This document shows, one piece after another, positions 50,842 through 63,259 of a stretch of DNA of 64,000 bases. Numbering within the stretch: the first letter of the stretch is position 1; every line of letters begins with the position of its first letter. The notes below the pieces were generated by a model. The model saw only the letters and a program-made list of their open reading frames with translations. It was not told the origin of the DNA and made no database searches. The DNA comes from Pristiophorus japonicus (lineage: Eukaryota), in NCBI RefSeq assembly GCF_044704955.1, contig NC_091981.1, positions 196,974,001-197,038,000 on the forward strand, in the 5' to 3' direction. Both the position numbers and the translations under genes were made by a program.

Positions 50842-53800
50842 TGTTATGTATGGAGAAAGAGTCAGACTGAACACTGTGAACTCAAAGTAAAGTGTGACCT
50901 AAGTCTTTTATTGCAGGTCTCCAGAGTGCCTCTCCAACCTGTGAAGCCTCCATAAATGCCTGTGCTCCCAAGGGATTATGGGATTGCTTGGGTCTCCAGG
51001 GGATGAGCCCTCTGGTGGCTGTCCAGAGGAAATACAAGTTTACATATATAACAACACTCCCTGCCGCGCATCCCCCCGCCCTGCCAAAGTCAACAATGTA
51101 ACTATTTATAAAGGTGAGTCGATCTGGGGCCCTTCTTGCCCTGGTTGATCGTCTCGGTGTGAAAGCTGGTAGTGGTGAATCAACTGTTGGGCCCTCGCTG
51201 GGCTGCTGTGCTACTGGCCTTGCTGGTTGGTCCTGCTAGGCTGCTGTGGATGATGGGTTCTGCTTCGTGGTCAGCCGTGGTGCCGGTTGCCACTGGTGTG
51301 CCTGTTGGTGTGTCAAAGAAGGTAGGATCCAAAGTGGGTTGCTCAGGATAGTCCGTGAATCTGAGTTTGATTTGGTCCAAGTGTTTCCGGCGAATGAGTC
51401 CATTTGAAAGTTTGACCCGAAACACCCTGCTCCCCTCTTTGGCCATGACAGTGTGGGAAGCCACTTGGGACCTTGTCCATAATTCAATATAAATACAGGA
51501 TCATTGATTTCAATCTCGCGTCACACATTTGCCCTATCATGGTATGTACTCTGTTGAAGCCGTCTGCTCTCGACCTGTTCAGAATGAACTAGCAAGAGTC
51601 TTGTCTTAAGTGCTCTTTTCATGAGCAGTTCAGCAACTGGGATCCCAATAAGCGAGTGGGGTCTTGTGCGGTAGCTAAGCAGGACTCGGGATAGGCGAGT
51701 CTGCAGTGAGCCTTCCATTACCCTTTTCAAGCCTGCTTGATGATTTGCACTGCTCTCTCTGCCTGACCATTGGACGCTGGTTTAAACGGGGCATTTGTGA
51801 CATGTTTGATCCCGTTGCGGGTCATGAATTCTTTGAAGTCAACACTGGTAAAAAATGGCCCGTTGTTGCTCACCAGGACATCGGGTAGTGGTCGTGCTAG
51901 CCGACATTATCTCACATTCAATCCACTTGGAGTACGCGTCTACAACCACAAGGAACATTTTACCCAAGAACAGGTCTGCATAGTCGACGTGTACCCTAGA
52001 CCACGATTTGGAGGGCCAAGACCATAAACTTAGCGGCGCCTCCCTGGGTACATTGCTTAACTGTGAACATGTATTACATCTGTGCACGCAGGACTCTAAG
52101 TCCGCATCAATACCGGGCCACCACACGTGGGATCTGGCTATCGCTTTCCTCATTACGATGCCTGGGTGGGGACTGTGGAGATCATTGATGAAGGTGTCTC
52201 TGCCCTTCTTGGGAACCACTACTCGATTGCCCCACAGAAGGCAGTCTGCCTGTAAAGATATTTCATCTTTGCACCGCTGAAACGGCTTTATCTCTTCCTG
52301 CATTTCCACTGGGACACTGGCCCAGCTCCTGTGAAGCACATAGTTTTTGATGAGGGACAATAAGGGGTCCTGGCTTGTCCAGGTTTTGATCTGCCAGGCA
52401 GTGACGGGTGATTGCGCACTCTCAAATGCTTCCATAACCATGGCTAGATCTGCAGGCTGCGCCATTTCCACCCCCGTGGTGGGCAATGGCAGCCTACTGA
52501 GAGTATCGGCGCAGTTGTCTGTGCCTGGCCTGTGACGGATGGCGTAGTTGTATGCGGACAACATGAGTGCCCATCTCTGGATGCGGGCCGATGTATTGGT
52601 ATTTATCCCTTTACTCTCGGAAAACATTAGTGGCTTACGGTCAGTTTCCAATTCGAATTTTAGTAGATATTGATGCATTTTCTTTACCCCACAGACACAC
52701 GCTAACACTTCTTGTTCAATCATGCTGCAGGCTCTCTCAGCCTTAGACAGACTCCTGGATGCATAAGCAACTGGTTGCAATTTCCCAAAATCATTAGCTT
52801 GTTGTGATACGCACGCGACGCCATATGACGCCGCATCACATGCTAGTACCAAACGCTTACATGGATCATACAATACAAGCAATTTGTTTGAGCATAACAA
52901 TTTTCTCGCTTTTACAAAGGCATTTTCTTGGCTTTTGCCCCAAACCCATTCGTCCCTTTACGCAGTAAGACATGTAGTGGTTCTGACAGTGTGCTGAGAC
53001 CCGGTAAGAAGTTACCAAAGTAGTTCAGGAGTCCGAGAAACAACAGCTGCTCTGTCATGTTCTGTGGCCTCGGTGCGTTCTCGATTGCCTCTGTCTTTGA
53101 ATCGGTGGGTCTGATGCCATCCTCCGCGATCCTCCTCCCCAGGAACTCCATTTCAGGCACCAGGAAAATGCACTTCGAGCGTTTTAACCTGAGCCCCACA
53201 CAATTGAGTCGACTAAGAACCTCCTCCAGGTTCTGCAGATGCTCGACTGTGTCCCGACCTGTAACCAAGATCTCGTCCTGGAAGACCACGGTGCGCAGGA
53301 CCGACTTCAGTAAACTTTCCATGTTTCTCTAGAATATCGCCGCCACTGATCGAATTCCAAACGGGCATCTGTTATAAATGAAAAGACCTTTGTGCGTGTT
53401 GATGCAGGTGAGGGCCTTCAATGATTCCTCCAGTTCCTGCATCATGTAGGCTGAAGTCAAATCCAGCTTCATGAACGGCTTTCCTCCCGCCAGCATCGCA
53501 AAGATGTCGTCGGCCTTTGGTAGTCGGTATTGGTCCTGCAGGGAGAAACGATTGATAGTTACTTTGTAATCGCCACAGATTCTGATGGCGCCGTCTCCCT
53601 TGAGGACAATAGGACTGGCCCAACCGTTGAACTCGATTGGTGAGATGATGTCCTCTCGTTGCAGTGATCTCCACTCTCTCTCTCATCATGTACAGTACTG
53701 CTCTCGCCTTGTGATGGATGGGTTGCACCCCCGGAGTTAGGTGGATCTGCACTTTTGCTCCTTGGAATTTCCCGATGCCTGGTTTGAACAGTGACGGGAA

Positions 53801-55318
53801 CTTGTTTACGACCTGGGCACACGATGTGTTGTCAGCGGGTGATAGCACTCAGACGTCGTCCCAGTTCCAGCGTATCTTTTCCAGCCAGATCCTGCCGAGC
53901 AGCATGGGACCATTGCTCGGTATCACCCAGAGTGGTGCTCCATTGTAAGAGACCTTTACAGTAGCACTGCCGATTATGGGAATGAGTTCCTTTGTATAAG
54001 TTCTTAGTTTCGTGCGAATTGGAGTTAAGACTGGCCATGAGGCCTTGCTGCACCACAGTTTCTCGAAAGTCTTTTTGCCCATGATGGACTGGCTCGCGCC
54101 CGTGTTCAGCTCCATTGACACTAGGAGTCCATTTAGCTTATCATTCAGCATTATCGAGGGACAATTCGTGGTGAATGTGTGCACCCCATGTACCTCTGCC
54201 TCCTTGGTCTGAGGCTCTGGTTCGTCGCGATCCTCCGTGGATCTGTCCTCCTCTGCATCAAGGTGGTTTGCAGGTTTAACATTATTTGCAGCTCACCTGC
54301 ACACTCGTTGGAGGTGACCATTGTTCCACAGCCCTTGCAAACATATCCTTTGAATGAATGGAAAAGATAATCACCCCAGCAGCGCCAACAAGGTGTTAAT
54401 GGCCTTGCATTCATCACCCTTGATGGTGGACTCTGAGACATCTGCGGATGCGCAGCTGCAGGCATGTGTGACCTGCCCTCTATGTTGCAATTTGAAAACA
54501 CAACACTTTGTTCACAATACTTGTCGCAGCACTTGTGTGCTGAGAGATTTGCTTAGTATTGTCACTGGTGCCAATGAACGCCTGGGCTATCACTGTGGCC
54601 TTACTCAAAGTTGGCGTCTCTACAGTCAAATGTTTTCGAAGTATGGTTTCATGGCCAATGCCAAGTACGAAAAAGTCTCTGAGCATGTGCTCCAAATGTC
54701 CTTCAAATTCGCAATGTCCTGCAAGGCGTCTTAGCTTGGCGACATAACTCGCCACTTCCTGGCCTTCAGACCTTTTGTTGGTGTAGAACCAGTACCTCGC
54801 CATCAGAATGCTTTCCTTCGGGTTCAAATGCTCTCGGACCACTGTGCACAAATCATCGTCCGATTTCTCTGTGGGTTTCGCTGGAGTAAGCAGATTCTTC
54901 ATGAGGCCAGACGTTGGTGCCCCACAGACAGTGAGGAGGATCTCCCTTCATTTGGCAGCGTTCTCTTCTCCATCTAGCTTGTTGGCTATGAAGTATTGGT
55001 CGAGTCGCTCCACAAAGGTTTCCCAATCATCTCCCTCCAAGAATTTCTCCAGGATGCCCACTGTTCCCTGCATCTTTGGGTTCACTATCGGTATCTCATC
55101 GCCAGTTGTTATATATGGAGAAAGAGTCAGACTGAACTCTGTGAGCTCAAAGTAAAGTGTGACCTTAGTCTTTTATTGCAGATCTCCAGAGTACCTCTCC
55201 AACCTGTGAGGCCTCCTTAAATACCTGTGCTCCCAAGGGATTATGGGATCCCCTGGGTCTCCAGGGGATGAGCCCTCTGGTGGTTGTACAGAGTAAATAC
55301 AAGTTTACATATATAACA
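50842..55318 (-). mobile_element. Full-length Ty3/Gypsy (Mag-clade-like) LTR retrotransposon, antisense, decayed
   Basis: LTRs 50842-51053 and 55107-55318, TSD AAAGG at 50837-50841 and 55319-55323, PBS tggcgatgag (reverse complement at about 55095-55104). ORFs 54480-54902 gag, 53849-54184 protease, 52912-53322 RT and 51839-52900 RH/INT are homologous to the element at 11026-15497. Confidence 0.95.
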
Positions 55319-55328
55319 AAAGGCACTA

Positions 55329-55774
55329 CAGGTGCGACATCCAAAATCTGGAAACCTCAGTCGGTCGGGCTGAGGCCGGGCGGGGGATGGGGGCTGTTGT
55401 CGGTTGGGCCGAGGCCAGGGAGGGATGTCGGACCGCCGAAGGTCCGGGGGGAGGGGTGCAGTCAGTCGGGCCAAGGCCAGAGCAGGGTGGGGGGGAAGTC
55501 GGGCTGATGCCAGGGAGGGTCGATCAGGCTGCCGGAGATTGGACAGGCTGCTGGAGGTCAGGGGGATCAGTCAGACCGAGGCCAGGGATGGGACGGTCGA
55601 GCCGCAGAAGGTGGGGTGAGGGGCGGGGGCTGAGGCAGGGGAGTCTGAATTTCGGAACATTTTCCAGTTTCCGGATGACCGCGCCACGGATCGACCTGAT
55701 ATCCGGATTCCGGAATATTCTGGATTTCAGAATATTGCGGATTCCAGAACTTCGGATTTTGGACGTCGCACCTG
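55329..55774. mobile_element. Tigger/pogo-like (Tc1/mariner superfamily) MITE
   Basis: TIR caggtgcgacatccaaaatctg / cggattttggacgtcgcacctg. The left flank is TA and the right flank is CA. Confidence 0.75.
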
Positions 55775-55777
55775 CAT

Positions 55778-55910
55778 GAAAGTTCTGACAAAGGGTCATT
55801 GACCTGAAACATTAACTCAGTTTCTCTTCATACATGCTGCCTGACCCACTGAGATTTCTAGTTTTCTGTTTTTATTTCAAATTCCAACATCTGCAGTATT
55901 TTGCTTTTGT
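55778..55910 (+). mobile_element. Penelope-associated hammerhead-bearing short repeat copy
   Basis: aagtt-CTGACaA-agggtcattgacct-GAAACaTT-aact, followed by the same body as 29620-29716. Confidence 0.7.
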
Positions 55911-55934
55911 ATATATGCAAGTTGTTGTTTTTGT

Positions 55935-56300
55935 TGTGTTTAAATCTCTCCATGCCCTCACTCCTTCCATTGTCTGTAATCTCCTCCGGTGCTATAACCC
56001 CCATCCTGAACTCTCCATTCCTCCGACATATAGGTTCTCCAATCCTCTCTTTGCCCCACCATTGGTGACCATGCCTTCAGCCATCCAGGTCCCATCCTCT
56101 GGAATTCCCTCTCCATCTCTCCATCACCCTCACCTCTTTTGAGAACCTCTTTAAAATCCAACTCTTCAACCAAGCTTTTTAATCATCCCTCTAATATCTC
56201 CTTCTTTGGGCTTGGCATCAGATGCCTCTGTGAATCTACTTGGGATATTTTATGCTATGTTAAAGGTACTATAAAAATGCAGACTGTTGTCATTGTTGAT
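55935..56300 (+). mobile_element. Old L2 3' fragment
   Basis: FKSLHAL text, ctctggaattccctc and tail ttaaaggtactataaaaatgc. Confidence 0.65.
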
Positions 56301-56606
56301 CACAGTACAACACCAATTGTTTTTCAGTTTTCTCTCAGTATGGGCCGTCATAGAGGAATCTGTTTTTTCCAAGTGTGATTTCAGAAAATCTAGAAGATGC
56401 AGGTTACTCTAAGAAAATTCTCAGCTTTCCCTGTGTTACGATCCAACTGAAAATTGAAAAATTAAAAAAATAAATAAACAATATGGACAAATTAAAATAA
56501 CTGTATGCTCTCCTGCTAGCTTAACCAAGAGTTTTAACACTGAAGGCATCGCTGGAATGCTAACTTACTATTTCCCATCAGTTGGGTACCTGGTTTTTGG
56601 AACCAT

Positions 56607-57035
56607 ACGGTAGCGTAGTGGTTATGTTTCTGGACCAGTAATCCAGAGGCCTGGACTAATAATCCAAGAGACGTGAGTTCAAATTCCACCACGGTAGCTG
56701 GGGGAATTTATATTCAGTTAATTAAATAAATCTGGAATTAAAAACCCAACTGGTTCACTAATGACCTTCAGGGAAGGAAACCTGCCATTCTTACCTGGTC
56801 TGGCCTATATGTGGCTCCAGACCCACAGCAATGTTGTTGACTCTTAACTGCCCTCTGAAATGACCCAGCAAGCCATTCAGTTGTACCAAACCACTACGAC
56901 AAAGTCACTGTGGGAGTACCTTCACCACAAGGACTGCAGCGATTCAAGAAGATGGCTCACCACCATCTTCTCGAGGCCAATTAGGGATGGGCAATAAATG
57001 CCAACCTTGCCAGCAATGCCTACATCCCATGAATT
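56607..57035 (+). mobile_element. tRNA-derived SINE
   Basis: A box gtagcgtagtgg and B box gagttcaaattcc, with a LINE-like 3' end gggcaataaatgcc...catcccatgaat. Confidence 0.7.
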
Positions 57036-57819
57036 AAGTTTTTTTTAAATTGTGGAGCTGCAATGTAATCATACTTCTGACAGTCAACACATCCCCAGCC
57101 TGTTGTATGTTAGCAGATGTTGAACACAATCTGAATAAGTTTTATAGCCTAAACCACTTAAAAAATTATATTAAAATCGTCCCAGGATGCCCTGATTGTT
57201 TTATGCATGTGCAGAGTCATGGTGCATGTGCAAACCGTTAACGTTTACTGTACATATGCAAAGGTTAGGGGAAACATGTGGGTCCTCTGCTGGCTCAGCC
57301 TGGTATTTGGCAGCAGACCGGTAAGTGGGCCGATAGTCATCTGGCCTTGTCTTATGAATTAGTGAGCCATGTGACGTAAGATGGGAGAGTTCATCAATTA
57401 CAGCTTTACAGTGCCCATGTTATTAGCACGAGCTGCTGTAATAGTGGGATAAATCATTCCTGTGTTAATATTAGCTACACTTAGCTGTGCTACACTCACC
57501 GTACATTGTCTTCCAGTGGTGAACAATCAAGACTTAACTGTACCTTATAACAACTACTTTATCTAAATATTTAAAATATCTGTAATCCTTCCGAAGTAAA
57601 TTATTTCTGGTTCAGAAGGTTGAATCACATTCCAAAATGCTGGGAAATGCACCAACAATGTGTCAAAAATGAAGATTTTCCAGGTGTACAAAGGTTGCCC
57701 CCATTCAAAATAAACTTCACATTTTCAGTGCACATGAACATTCTCACAATTCTAGGTCCACCACAGTGAAAAATGCTCTTTGTATACTTCTTCTCAACAA
57801 TATAAGTGATAGATATATT

Positions 57820-59291
57820 GGGTTCAAGTTTCGGCTTGAGTTGCTCCTATTTTTTTGGAGCAACTTGTTTAGAATGGAGCATCTTAGAAATTGCAATTCT
57901 CGGCATTTAGTTTGCTCCAGTTCTAGTGAGTTAGAATAGTTTCATTTTAGAACAGATTTTTTTTTCAAAAGGGGGCGTGTCCAGCCACTTAAGCCTGATT
58001 CGCAAGTTTAGGCAGCGAAAACTTACTCCAAACTAACTTAGAATGGAGTAAGTGTGGATATTTGTATGCTCAGAAAAACCTTGCCTACACTTATAAATCA
58101 GGCATAGGGAATGAGAGATAGGGAGGGGGAGGGAAGTTTACTAACATTAAACACTTCACTTTTACAAATAAAGAGCCATCATCAATAATAAATGATAAAT
58201 AAATCAATAAATCAATCAATAAATCAATCAAAAAAAATTTAAAAATTAAAAATAAAAAAAATAAAAAATCAATCAATAAATAAAAAATTACGTTTCTACT
58301 CACCTACTGCAGCACCGGGAGCCCTCCAACAGCGTGCTGGGACAGGGCCCCCCCAGTGTTTCTCTCTCTCTGTCTCTGTCAGTGTCTCTCTCTCTGTCTC
58401 TGTCTCTCTGTGTTTCTGACAGCGAGGGGTGGGGGGAGAGAGGAGGGGGGAGGAGGAGGGAGGGGGAGAGGAGGGGGAGAGGAGGGGGAGGGAGAGGGGA
58501 GAGGAGGGGGGGAGGAGGGGGAAGGGAGGGGAGAAGAGGAGGGGGGAGGAGGGAGGGGAAGAGAGGAGGGTGGAGGGAGGGGGAGAGGAGGGGAGGGAGG
58601 GGGGAGAGGAGGGGGGAGAGGAGGAGGGGAATGGGGAGAGGAGAGAGGGAGTGGGGGGGAAGTGGGGGAGAGGAGGGGAAGGGCTGAACGGGAGGGAGGG
58701 GGTCGGAGGCTGAACGGGAGGGGGGAAGGGGGGAGCTGAACGGGAGGGAGGGAGGGGGAGGATGAATGGGAGGGAGGCTGAACGGGAGGGAGGGGGTCGG
58801 AGGCTGAACGGGAGGGGGGGGAGGCTGAACGGGATTGGGGAAGGGGGGAGCTGAACGGGAGGGAGGGAGGGGGAGGATGAACGGGAGGGAGGCTGAATAG
58901 GAGGGAGGGGGGAGCTGAACGGGAGGGGGTGGGGGAGCTTAACTGGAGGGAAGCCCGAGTCCCGATCTTCAATGCCCAGGGAGCCCATTCAGCCAGGGCT
59001 GGGGACAGCGTTCTTCGGGCCCTTCCCACACAGCCTGCACAGATTCGAGCTGCGAGGAGCTACTGTACATGCGCACACACTCTAGTGCGCATGTGCAGAG
59101 GTCCCGGCACTGTTTTCAATGCCAGGACCTGGCTCCGCCCCCCGCGCATTCTGCTGTACTGCGCCAAGGACCTGGATCGACCGGACTGCAGGGAGAATAC
59201 CAAGATAAATAATAGGCACCGTTTCTGTTCTAAAAAGTCTGCGCACCACACGGAGGTGCGCCGTTCTAACCCTAGGGGCAAACTTGGGCCC
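57820..59291. mobile_element. PIF/Harbinger-like MITE with internal microsatellites and a polypurine minisatellite
   Basis: TIR gggttcaagttt / aaacttgggccc. TSD ATT at 57817-57819 and 59292-59294. Confidence 0.75.
58427..58950 (+). repeat. G/A-rich polypurine tract followed by a (gctgaacggga+G-run)n minisatellite
   Basis: Almost pure G/A from about 58427 to 58680, then about nine ctgaacggga-type units. Confidence 0.9.
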
Positions 59292-60717
59292 ATTGAGACT
59301 ACCTGCAGCTTCAGTTACAATAAACTCGCATCCAGTCTATTCTCAGTATAACCACTTACTTTTCATCATAGAAAAGGCCTTTGGGTTTCATTTTTTCCCA
59401 GATAAAGGCTCTGAATTGAGGACTAGATCCACAAATATTAGTGAACATTCTGGACTCCATGTAATAAAACAAAATTTATATTATTCAGTCAATGTTAAAC
59501 AATGGTCTTGGTCACAAGTCGATATTCAAGGTTGTATTTCAATTGTTGGCTGTTACTTGAATAGTCAGGATTTTCTGGAGCTGTTTAATCACAATTTGCG
59601 AGTTTCTTAATTGACATGCATGTCTGCGTACAACAGTTATCATTATCACAGTTGGATAGTTGAGGGAGCTGGTAAATAATGAATTCAGAACCCTGGCTTA
59701 GGTAGCCACCTGTTGAGGACCTTCATCATCTCTGGATGCAGTAGGCTGGAATTATTACCATCACTGATGTGACAACGTACCAAAATAACAGAAAGGTACA
59801 AGATTTACTTTCCTCTTGCATAATAGAGGTTATTGTGAGAAATGCAAACCATGTAGTAAGAATAATGCCTTCTGTTTGTGCAGTCTCTTGTGAACTCGAT
59901 ATAACACTACTGGGCTGCTATTAAGTTCTGTATGGGATAGGTTGAGGTTATGGACTTAAGGCATAAACATTTTATTTTCAGCATTGTGGAGACTTCATAG
60001 AAGTAATTTGTTCTTTGTGATGAATGTTACATGAGGCAGATTGCAATATTTCAGTAGTTTGCCACAATTAATCAAGAATGTCTCAGAATCTAGTGTACAA
60101 AGAACAGCAACTAGTCCTGCTTCAGTGAAAGAAGGCAAGTATTTTATCAGTCAGTGAGATGAATGCTTTTCACAGCAGTATTTTGATTTACAAACAGGGA
60201 AAACATTAAAGTCAACTCTTCCTACTTTTATACTGCATCATTGCCCTTTCTATCAAGAAAATACATCAAAAAGGGTTCATTTAATATCACATTTCTCTAA
60301 CACGATAACACCTTCTTAAAGAGCTGCCATCATCATGCAATGTGTCCCTGTTTGCATAGAAGAGTGCACAATGGTGTGAGAAGTAACATAATGATATCAA
60401 ATCACCAATTTCATTTGTTCCTGGTTTTAAATTCAATATCTAAACAGCACGCAGACTCACACAAACAGCATGTAAACACTCATAACAGAACATATACACA
60501 GAAACAAATACACATACACACAGCAGGTACACACAAACAGCACATATTCCCCACACAAAACAGTGCCGGCAGCATTTTGTTTGTCCCAGAAAAGGTACAA
60601 CTCCTGCAATGCTACCTATTCCCAATGACCAGTGTGATGGAGTTTGAGGCATTTACAGAGCAGGCTATTTGTTTATTTTTAAATATAGTCCAGCAAAAGT
60701 TGCCAGAATTACTAATA

Positions 60718-61068
60718 CAGGTTGAACCTCCCTTATCTAGAACTCCCTTATCCGGAACCAGCCTTCATCCAGAACCATTCCCAGGTGGCACATGCGCAGT
60801 ACTCCGACATGAACAAATCGAAGTCCTTCCTCGCTGCTGACTCCCACAATCGCTGGCCTGATCCCACGATCCATCGCCCTCCCGCACCCCCCCACCCCCA
60901 CCCCATGATCTCTGTGCTACACACCCAGCCCCTAGCCAGCCAGCCCCGATATTCCTTTGCTCAGTACCTGTACCATCCAAATTTAACATCACCATCCCTC
61001 ATCCAGAAAAATCCCTTAACCAGACCAGGCCAGATCCCGAAGATTCTGGATAAGGGAGGTTTAATCTG
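60718..61068. mobile_element. Tigger/pogo-like MITE with TA TSD
   Basis: ta|caggttgaacctcccttatctagaa ... ttctggataagggaggtttaatctg|ta. Confidence 0.85.
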
Positions 61069-61349
61069 TACAGGCTTCACAGAAAGTTATGTGCCACTGG
61101 AGTTTAAATTTTAGGTGCGGGCCCTGAACCAGTTGTGACAGAGGAGCACCATGAAGAAATTTAAACTCATCTTTTGCTTTCCAGGTATTGATGCATCGAC
61201 TGTATAATTTCAGAAATTTCTGCTTTATTTCAGATTTTCCAGCATTATAATTTCCAGTTTTATCATTTTTACTCATTATATACCAGGGCTGATTGCCCAA
61301 TTGGGTGCTCCTTGCTGGGAGCAGCTTATCGCGTGTGTTACTGTGTTAA

Positions 61350-61625
61350 TCTTTCGGATGTGAGGCTGCTCCCTCAGGTGGACATAAAAGATCCCATGAC
61401 ACTATTTCGAAGAGCAGGGGAGTTATTCCCAGTGTCTTGGCCCATATTTATCACTCAATCAGCATAATAAAAAACATATTCTCTGGTCGTTATCACATTG
61501 CTGTTTATGGGAGCTCGCTGTGCACAAATTGGCTGCTGCATTTACTGCACGACAACAGTATTTAGTTGTAAAGCACTTTGGGATGTCCTGAGATTGTGAC
61601 TTATAAATGCAAGTCTTTCTTTATT
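61350..61625 (+). mobile_element. DeuSINE (SacSINE1-like) 3' part
   Basis: ctcaggtggacataaaagatcccatg...ttatcacattgctgtttatgggagc...tataaatgcaagtctttc, homologous to 797-1225. Confidence 0.8.
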
Positions 61626-61710
61626 TCTTTAAACAAGCAAGGTGTGAACATTTCCAGCTGTGGGGAATTTCTCATTTTTGATAGCTGGCAGAGTCCCAAT
61701 GTATGTATTA

Positions 61711-62341
61711 CTCACAATAAAGGATTACAGGAAAGCCTCTCTTTCTAAATTTTCACATTATAAAACGCAGTGGTTACTTGTGCAAATCGAGCTGTCGTGT
61801 TTCATACATTACAGCAATGACTACATTTCAAAACTACTTCATTGGTTATAAAGCACATTGTGAAGTCATATAAATGCAAGTGTTTCTTTCTTCGCATTCT
61901 GTTCATTATATGAGAGAAGTCAGTGCTAGGGAATGGAACATTTTCCAGTTTGAGCATCTACTCCCAGCATCATTCCCTCCCTGTCTTGGGCACACAGAAA
62001 GAGCTGCAAAGTAAAATGTCCTCTACTCTGCCCCCAATAATGTGCCTTTCATTCTATCCAGTATGAGTTTGGATTTGAAATCTTATTAAAGGACAGGAGT
62101 GCCAAAAACTTGTTCACCCTTTCTTTGAGTACAGTTACCTACTGGAATTGAGAACGTTAGGGAAAGAAACATTTGCATTTATATGACTTCACAATGCACT
62201 TTATAACCAATGAAGTAGTTTTGAAATGTAGTCACTGCTGTAATGTATGAAACACGACAGCTGGATTTGTGCACGTAACCACTGCAGTTTATAATGTGAA
62301 AATTTAGAAAGAGAGGCTTCCCTGTAATCCTTTACTGTGAG
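61711..62341. repeat. 180-bp inverted repeat (61711-61890 and 62162-62341) with a 271-bp spacer
   Basis: The arms align by eye with about 12 mismatches and no indels. Confidence 0.92.
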
Positions 62342-62636
62342 GTTCTCAAGATTATGAAAGATTTTTAAGATGACAAATAGTGAAAAGGTTGTTTCCACTG
62401 ATTGACAAATCAGCAACATAGAGGCATAGACCGCGATGATCAACAGAAGAATGAAGGGAAAGTTGGAAGAATGATTTTCACGCAGAAAGTTATTAAAACA
62501 TGGTATACTTTACCACTAGTAGGTATTGAGGCAGAGACTATTACATAATTTAAAAGAGCACAGGATAGGTACATGAAAAGTAAGAATATAAAAGAATGCA
62601 GGAAATGAACAACGGAAATGAAATTAGATATTTCTG

Positions 62637-62690
62637 CTTGAAGGGCTAGGATATCTCTACTTGAAGGGCTAGGATATCTCTACATGAAGG
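62637..62690 (+). repeat. 23-bp tandem duplication inside an old CR1 tail
   Basis: cttgaagggctaggatatctcta occurs twice, followed by a partial copy. Confidence 0.85.
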
Positions 62691-63134
62691 ATAGTTTAAA
62701 TTGGGACAAATTGTCTCCTTCTATGCTATAATTTCTATGATTCTCTTTTGGACTGGGGAAGAAAGTCCTCCATGAATTGCATTTGTCCGTTTTTATTGTC
62801 ATTGGTTACTGGTTTTGGTAAGCCAATTGGATTCCACTATGCAAAACAGAGCCACGATTACAGAAAACTGCAGCTACATATAGAGGCTCGCCAAATTCAG
62901 AGTGTAAAACAAAAGGTACCGGATCCACTGAGAAACTGGGGCTCTTTTTTACTGGAGCAGAGAAGCTGGAGGTGACTTGATTGAGCTGTTACAAATTGCT
63001 AAGTATATTGACAAGAGAAAGAGGGGAAAACTATTTCTGCTGGTTAAGTAAGATATCGTCTACTCTGCCCCCAAATATGTGCCTCGCTCAGATGGTAGGA
63101 TAGAATTCTCTACCACACTAAGTAAATACTAAGG

Positions 63135-63259
63135 AATAAAAACAGAAAATGCTGGAAATCTCAGCAGGTCAGGCAGCATCTGTGCAGAAAAAGCAAAGTT
63201 AACATTTCGGGTTGATGACTTTTATTCCAGGTTCCAGAAGCCACAGTATTTTGCTTTTG
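63135..63259. mobile_element. Collapsed Penelope-associated short element (inverted body plus sense tail) with TSD
   Basis: aataaaaacagaaaatgctgg...gttaacatttcgggttgatgac (antisense hammerhead region), then cagtattttgcttttg. Direct repeat aaatactaaggaa at 63124-63136 and 63260-63272. Confidence 0.7.

Noticed and set aside
57490-57545. Strong minus-strand donor-like site (ACG|gtgagt) as a possible further CNTNAP2 exon
   Set aside because: The upstream translation does not resemble the expected neighbouring exon (SCEAYKH...YCNMT).
58296-59029. Long Pro/Ser-rich and Gly/Glu/Arg-rich ORFs
   Set aside because: These are artefacts of the stop-free polypurine minisatellite.
61127-61260. Fifth hammerhead-family copy as a functional ribozyme
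   Set aside because: The core is too degenerate (gtgacag...gaaatt). It is counted only as an old family member.
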